This document shows, piece by piece, positions 7,687 to 12,188 of a DNA stretch of 12,188 bases. The position numbers and the translations under genes were made by a program. The stretch's first letter is position 1. Each line of letters begins with the position of its first letter. Below the pieces are notes generated by a model. That model saw only the letters and a list, made by a program, of their open reading frames with translations, did no database searches and was not told the DNA's origin. This DNA is from Bdellovibrionota bacterium (lineage in GTDB: Bacteria > Bdellovibrionota_C > UBA2361). The DNA lies in the NCBI GenBank assembly GCA_044352465.1, contig JBILDU010000087.1:1-12188 (forward strand), given 5' to 3'.

Positions 7687-8004
7687 TCACTTGCCTGAAC
7701 CGTACACGATGGGTCGAACCACTCGGATCGCCCATCCACCGACGTGAACGCCAGCCCGACGAACCCAGTTCTCCTCGTGTTTCCAGAGGATGAAGGATCC
7801 ACGTCCGAGGAGCGATGCCCCAAGAACGTACAGAACCCACGCCGGGCTCTCCCAATCTCCCCAGAGATTTCCCGCCGCGAAGACGAGAGAAACAACGGAG
7901 AGGGGAAGGCCGATCTTCACATCCGTCATCACGACGAGGACGAGTCCCACCGTGAGCCAAAAAAAGACCTGAGCAACCAAAGCTGCCCAACACAGGGGAC
8001 ACAT
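7687..8004 (-). CDS. Small hypothetical membrane protein (about 3 hydrophobic segments) beginning MCPLCW
   Basis: 105 aa, hydrophobic, with a GAGGG Shine-Dalgarno upstream, in the same orientation as the operon. Confidence 0.7.
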   Translation of the reverse strand: MCPLCWAALVAQVFFWLTVGLVLVVMTDVKIGLPLSVVSLVFAAGNLWGDWESPAWVLYVLGASLLGRGSFILWKHEENWVRRAGVHVGGWAIRVVRPIVYGSGK

Positions 8005-8083
8005 GGATCCCTCACTTCCCGGGCGATGCGCCCAAAGAAAACCTGCTCGGTGTAACGATCGTCACACTCATTCGAGCCCTCCA

Positions 8084-8130
8084 TGTATACCGGCCGCTAG
8101 GAAGGATTTAAATGCGGCGTTTCTGCCGCA
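8084..8130 (-). promoter_or_regulatory. RegA/PrrA/RegR-type binding site abutting a weak predicted promoter
   Basis: 8113-8130 on the minus strand reads TGCGGCAGAAACGCCGCA, fitting the YGCGRC..GNCGC inverted repeat. It is immediately followed by TTTAAA (8107-8112), a 17-bp spacer and TATACA (8084-8089). Confidence 0.6.
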
Positions 8131-8228
8131 CCTCTCACCAGAGGGTATTACGAGGGGGGAATAACGACTGAGGCCCCCGTAGGATTGCGGCCTACAGCTT
8201 AAAGAAATGGACAAATCACGAACGAGCC

Positions 8229-8747
8229 CTAGCGGAGCGTTGGTGGTTTTGCGAGGCGGCGCTGCAGGGAGCGTCGATCCATGCCGAGCACCTTCGCCGC
8301 ACGCGTCACATTGCCGTTACAGTCAGCGAGGATTCGCTGAATATGATCCCACTCAACCTGTTCAAGCGATGGAAGCGGGATCTCCTCCGGCTTGAGGGAG
8401 AGGGGCGGCTCAAATGCTGCAAGTATCCGCTCAATAGAGCAAGGCTTCGTCAGGTATCCTACCGCGCCTCGTCGGATAGCCTCTTGTGTCGTCGCAATAC
8501 TACCAAATCCCGTCAGGACCACTGTGGGGACCGCCGGCGCATGGTCGCCGAGCCACGCGAGCAGGTCGAGTCCAGAGGCTCCTCCCATCCGCAGATCGAC
8601 AAGCACTCGTTCGGGTAATTCCGTCTTGAGTAGGTTTATCGCCTCATCGGTGCTTGGGGCAGCCATCACGGAATGGCCACGTTTTTCAAGCGCCGTGCGC
8701 AAGCGACTGCGATACACGGCATCATCATCGACAATTAGGTACCTCAT
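8229..8747 (-). CDS. regA: RegA/PrrA/RoxR-family response regulator (receiver + Fis-type HTH)
   Basis: LIVDDD, VDLRM, LTGFGSIAT, YLTKP and the C-terminal LEQVEWDHIQRIL..CNGNVTRAAKVLGMDRRSLQRRLAK. Confidence 0.92.
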   Translation of the reverse strand: MRYLIVDDDAVYRSRLRTALEKRGHSVMAAPSTDEAINLLKTELPERVLVDLRMGGASGLDLLAWLGDHAPAVPTVVLTGFGSIATTQEAIRRGAVGYLTKPCSIERILAAFEPPLSLKPEEIPLPSLEQVEWDHIQRILADCNGNVTRAAKVLGMDRRSLQRRLAKPPTLR

Positions 8748-10027
8748 TGACTCGCCCTAGAAATCGCTACACCACGCAGGTAGAAGCTGACGGTGGTCCC
8801 GTGATTCGGTCGACTTTCAATCGATAATTGACCACCGTATCTCTCGATAAAGAGGTTCGCGACAAAGAGACCGAGCCCCATCCCCCGACTCGCTGCTTTC
8901 GTCGAGAAGAACGGCTCACCTACTCGCTGGAGGATTTCAGCGGGGAAACCACACCCGTGGTCGGAGACCACCACGCTTAGATCCGTACCGTTTACACAAA
9001 GGAACACCATCACCTCGGTGCCCTCATCGCTCGCCTCGATCGCATTCTTAACGAGGGCATGAAGGACATGAACGAATCCATCGATCGGAAGAGCGATTCT
9101 TTGGGCAGAATCATATGAGCAACGGACGCGAGCCTGAGTCGTCTTTTCAAACCGGTTGAGAGCTTCGCTGACGCACTCTCCAAGGGAGGCTCGGCGCGGC
9201 GTGTCCGCAAAGAGAGCCCCTGAAGAGCTATTCAGCCGGCCCAGAGCGTCAGTGCATCGCGCGAGCTCGGATTGGAGAACCTCGACGGGTTGGCGAAGCT
9301 CTGGGCTTGCGGACGGACTATTACTCACACCCTTGATCTCCTCGAGTGCAAAGACCATAGACCCGAGTGGGGTTCCGAGCTCGTGGGCGACCGAGGCCGC
9401 GACGGTAGTAATCGCCGCTAACTTCTGCTCGTTCGACCGCCGTCGCTCCAACTCGGATTCGTGCGACATAATCTCAGCGCGCATGCGCTGAATCGCTCCA
9501 CTTACGAGCAACGCGAGGATGACAAAACTGACTAACATCCCTTGAAGATGCAGATCGAATTCCCCACTCCCATGATGATGGTGATGTCCTCCGGAAAGGG
9601 CAGGGATCGGCACGTGCCAACGAAAGAGAGCGACGTAGCACGCTGTCGCGAGAGTGGTAAGTCCCCACGTCCATCGGGAATCGAGGAGCATCGCTGCGAG
9701 CATGATTTGGAGAAGGAGTAGGGTGCTAAAGGGGTTGGCATGTCCGCCGTAGGCGATAAGTAGGGCGGTTAGAAGAAAGATGTCGACCACCATGACGGTG
9801 CCCCGCATCCAGGTGGGTAACGAGTCATGTCGTCGCACAAGGAACTCAAGTCCGGCATTTGAAGCGATTAACAGTAGTGAGACGACAACGAAGGTCGTAG
9901 CCTCGAGAGTAAGCCCGAGCACATGGACTGCAAAAAGGAAGACGATCGTCTGACCGAGCGCCGCGAGCCAGCGTATCGTTATGAGCCACTTAAGCCCGTC
10001 TCGGCGCGTTCGTGTCGATTGAAACAT
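8744..10027 (-). CDS. regB: RegB/PrrB/RoxS-family membrane sensor histidine kinase
   Basis: N-terminal IRWLA..GQ, multiple TM helices, GGHANPF (GGxxNPF), H-box AHELGTPL, a conserved-position Cys (ARC), and the ATPase motifs NAIEA, DHGCGF, PFFSTK and GMGLGL. ATGA overlap with regA. Confidence 0.92.
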   Translation of the reverse strand: MFQSTRTRRDGLKWLITIRWLAALGQTIVFLFAVHVLGLTLEATTFVVVSLLLIASNAGLEFLVRRHDSLPTWMRGTVMVVDIFLLTALLIAYGGHANPFSTLLLLQIMLAAMLLDSRWTWGLTTLATACYVALFRWHVPIPALSGGHHHHHGSGEFDLHLQGMLVSFVILALLVSGAIQRMRAEIMSHESELERRRSNEQKLAAITTVAASVAHELGTPLGSMVFALEEIKGVSNSPSASPELRQPVEVLQSELARCTDALGRLNSSSGALFADTPRRASLGECVSEALNRFEKTTQARVRCSYDSAQRIALPIDGFVHVLHALVKNAIEASDEGTEVMVFLCVNGTDLSVVVSDHGCGFPAEILQRVGEPFFSTKAASRGMGLGLFVANLFIERYGGQLSIESRPNHGTTVSFYLRGVAISRASQ

Positions 10028-10428
10028 GGGCTAGGATCCCTAAACTCCGCTGCACGATGCTCTGCGGCTACCTCTGAACCTGCATGAGTACGAGAGACGA
10101 TGCTGCCGTGGAGCCTCCAAAGGGTCAACTGAGAGCGGTGGAAAAACATAGGTGGCTAGCGGATTGGGGCTTGCCCGAGCCGGTTACTCTCCTGGGGCCT
10201 GTCCCAATCCGATGGGAGTCTGACGTGAGCAGTGATAAAATCGCCCGATAATGTCTTAACTAATTGGATAGATTAATTATTGCTGCGATCGAGCGCTAGG
10301 CTCGGCGAGATGATTCTTGCTGCCAAAGGGGGCGCCTCGGTCGTTCTCATCGAGCCTGGAAATCCGACATCGCGCGAGGAGGCTCCGCCTGCGTCGCTGA
10401 GGGTCGATGACTCTCGGTATCTGCTTGA

Positions 10429-10576
10429 GGATAGCCGTACGGGGTCGCCTGTTCCAGATGCGTTCCACCCTGTACCGGGGCTATCCATACGGCAAGGTGC
10501 TGGCCCAGGGGCGCTCCATCATCCAACACCAAATACTCGATCTGCCCCGAGTAGCCGCCCCGGTTCAGCGGGGAAA
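10429..10576. repeat. Degenerate REP-like repeat copies (left cluster)
   Basis: 10468-10486 is the reverse complement of ggatagccccggtacaggg. Degenerate forward copies lie at 10429-10444 (ggatagcc---gtacgggg) and 10540-10576 (atctgccccgagtagccgccccggttcagcggggaaa, compare 12076-12107). Confidence 0.6.
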
Positions 10577-10620
10577 TTCTGTAATTTCAATCACCCCGCT
10601 CATACGCTAGGCTTAAGCGT

Positions 10621-11715
10621 ATGGCATCTCTTATGACGCAAGGCGATTGCTCCTTTCTCCGCGATGCGAGAGTACTCATCACCGGTCATACCGGATTTAA
10701 GGGCGGATGGCTCTCGCTCATGTTGCACGATGCAGGGGCTCGAGTTTTCGGCGTCGCCCTTGGTGCCGAACAGCCAAGTTTCTTCTCGGTCTGTCCCCTG
10801 AACGCTCTCATGACCGAATCGCATCTCATCGACATTCGAGATTTCGGCCGATTTCAACGCATTGTGACAGCCATCGCCCCCGATGTGGTTATTCACTTGG
10901 CGGCACAATCGCTCGTCCGGGCTGCGATCAAAGACCCGGTGGGAACATTTGCTACGAACGTCCTCGGCACAGCGCATGTCCTCGAAAGCATGAGAGGTTG
11001 CCCCGGACTAAAAGCCGCCCTGATCATCACCAGCGACAAATGTTACGCTCCGAGCCCCGACCGCATCCCCTTCAGCGAAAGCTCCCCACTCGGCGGCGAG
11101 GAGCCGTACGCCGCCAGCAAAGCTGCGGCGGAGATCGTCGTCGCTAGCTACCGCGCCGCTGGCCTCATCGGCTTTCCCCTCGCATCGGTCCGAGCCGGCA
11201 ATGTAATCGGGGGCGGGGATTGGGCCGTGGGTCGACTAATCCCGGACTGTATTCGAGCGCTCTGCAGTGGCGCTCGCCCGCTGGTGCGTAACCCACACCA
11301 TGTTCGCCCCTGGCAGCATGTCCTCGAGCCGCTCAGCGGCTACCTCCTCCTCCTCGAGCGCCTTCTCAATGCAGGCACAGAGTTCAACGGCGCGTGGAAT
11401 TTCGGGCCAAATCCCGGAGAGGAAGCCACGGTTGAATCGGTCGTTGACTTGGTCTGTGAGGGCTGGGGGGCCTCGATATCTCCACAGTTCGCCACGACAC
11501 CAAATCTCGATGAAAACCCCTGGCTCGTCATCGACTCAACAAAAGCGAAGCAACTGCTTCAATGGAGCCCACAATGGGATCTCCGCACGAGTATCACACA
11601 GACGGTCGATTGGTATCGGGCCTGGTCGCGTCATGAGGATATGCTCCGCTTCACCCGTGAGCAACTCGCAACGTACCGGGGATTGCACTCGAAAAGGTGG
11701 GCAAGCACGGAGTGA
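10621..11715 (+). CDS. rfbG: CDP-glucose 4,6-dehydratase (extended SDR)
   Basis: ITGHTGFKGGWL, HLAAQSLVR, TSDKCY, YAASK, RAGNVIGGGDW and RPWQHVLEPLSGYL are all RfbG-type motifs. Confidence 0.93.
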   Translation: MASLMTQGDCSFLRDARVLITGHTGFKGGWLSLMLHDAGARVFGVALGAEQPSFFSVCPLNALMTESHLIDIRDFGRFQRIVTAIAPDVVIHLAAQSLVRAAIKDPVGTFATNVLGTAHVLESMRGCPGLKAALIITSDKCYAPSPDRIPFSESSPLGGEEPYAASKAAAEIVVASYRAAGLIGFPLASVRAGNVIGGGDWAVGRLIPDCIRALCSGARPLVRNPHHVRPWQHVLEPLSGYLLLLERLLNAGTEFNGAWNFGPNPGEEATVESVVDLVCEGWGASISPQFATTPNLDENPWLVIDSTKAKQLLQWSPQWDLRTSITQTVDWYRAWSRHEDMLRFTREQLATYRGLHSKRWASTE

Positions 11716-11909
11716 TCGTCAGCGCGCCGGGCGATAGCTGTGATTTTGTCGTGCGTGCATTTTTTCCAGCGCTTGGCATCCCAGAGGATCCAGTGACAGG
11801 CACTACCTACACGGTGCTCGCGCCCCACTACGTGGCTATTACCGGGAAAAGTCATTTCCGAGCCCGGCGACTCTCCGCCCGTGGCGGCGAGGTCGAGGCT
11901 ACACTATAA
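11682..11909 (+). pseudogene. Fragment of a PhzF/YddE-family isomerase (part of the C-terminal region only)
   Basis: GVIVSAPGDSCDFVVRAFFPALGIPEDPVTG...RARRLSARGGEV matches the PhzF-family EDPVTG region. An in-frame stop at 11658-11660 leaves no room for the N-terminal two-thirds. The left boundary is approximate. Confidence 0.75.
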
Positions 11910-11935
11910 CCGTCCACCCTCACCCCTCCTTTGTT

Positions 11936-12107
11936 CTCTGTACCGGGGCTACTCGGTGCAGATGGAGGTATTCATTTAGAGTGGGAGGAGGGATCGCTCC
12001 TCGCTCTGCGCCCTGCAAAAAGTAGCCCCGGTACAGGGGAAGTAGCCCCGGTACAGGGGAAAGGGGAAAACCTCTATCTGCCCCTCGAGTAGCTCCGGTA
12101 CAGAGGG
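11936..12107. repeat. REP-like repeat cluster GTAG-CCCCGGTACAG(G/A)GG: one inverted and three forward copies
   Basis: Inverted copy at 11936-11955; exact 20-bp tandem agtagccccggtacagggga at 12021-12040 and 12041-12060; and a copy at 12086-12105 that matches the inverse of 11936-11955 at 19 of 20 bases. Confidence 0.8.
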
Positions 12108-12188
12108 CTAGAGCTCGAGAGCGAAGTCTGATTAGGCTACAAGGAGCTTCAGCGCCAGCGCTTAGATTTTATCGGGCTCCCAGCGTCC

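Noticed and set aside
7293..8002. The 200-aa (7293..7895) and 148-aa (7556..8002) ORFs as listed
   Set aside because: They conflict with the 105-aa membrane ORF; the AGGAGG site supports a start at 7616 instead.
8012..8071. 19-aa minus-strand ORF MSVTIVTPSRFSLGASPGK with a GGAGG site, as a leader or precursor peptide
   Set aside because: Too short to support, has no diagnostic residues, and its RBS overlaps the predicted transcription start. Ribosome profiling would be needed.
10273..10636. Short ORFs between regB and rfbG
   Set aside because: No recognisable family; several overlapping frames of similar length run through the repeat copies.
12021..12105. Repeats as a CRISPR array
   Set aside because: Units are 20 bp, two are directly adjacent with no spacer, orientations across the cluster are mixed, and there are no cas genes.

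Overview
Bacterial accessory region, mostly on the minus strand. In transcription order it holds: a RegB/RegA-type two-component system whose sensor has a His-rich loop; two small Cys-containing hypothetical proteins; a Y4yA/LysA-like fold-type III PLP enzyme coupled to a cysteine-synthase-like/rhodanese fusion; a COG0523 (ZigA/YciC-type) metallochaperone GTPase; an atypical Fur-family regulator; and a second, diverged copy of the PLP enzyme + cysteine-synthase-like pair, cut by the window edge and missing from the ORF track. One enzyme pair and the GTPase sit behind a shared GCAAC-N3-GTTGC operator that overlaps predicted -35 elements. The other pair sits behind a RegA-type box. This suggests a duplicated, metal/redox-controlled pathway for a small molecule (possibly a metallophore or sulfur amino-acid derivative) of unknown product. 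The right end has an orphan rfbG on the plus strand, a PhzF-family remnant and a family of GTAG-type REP-like repeats.
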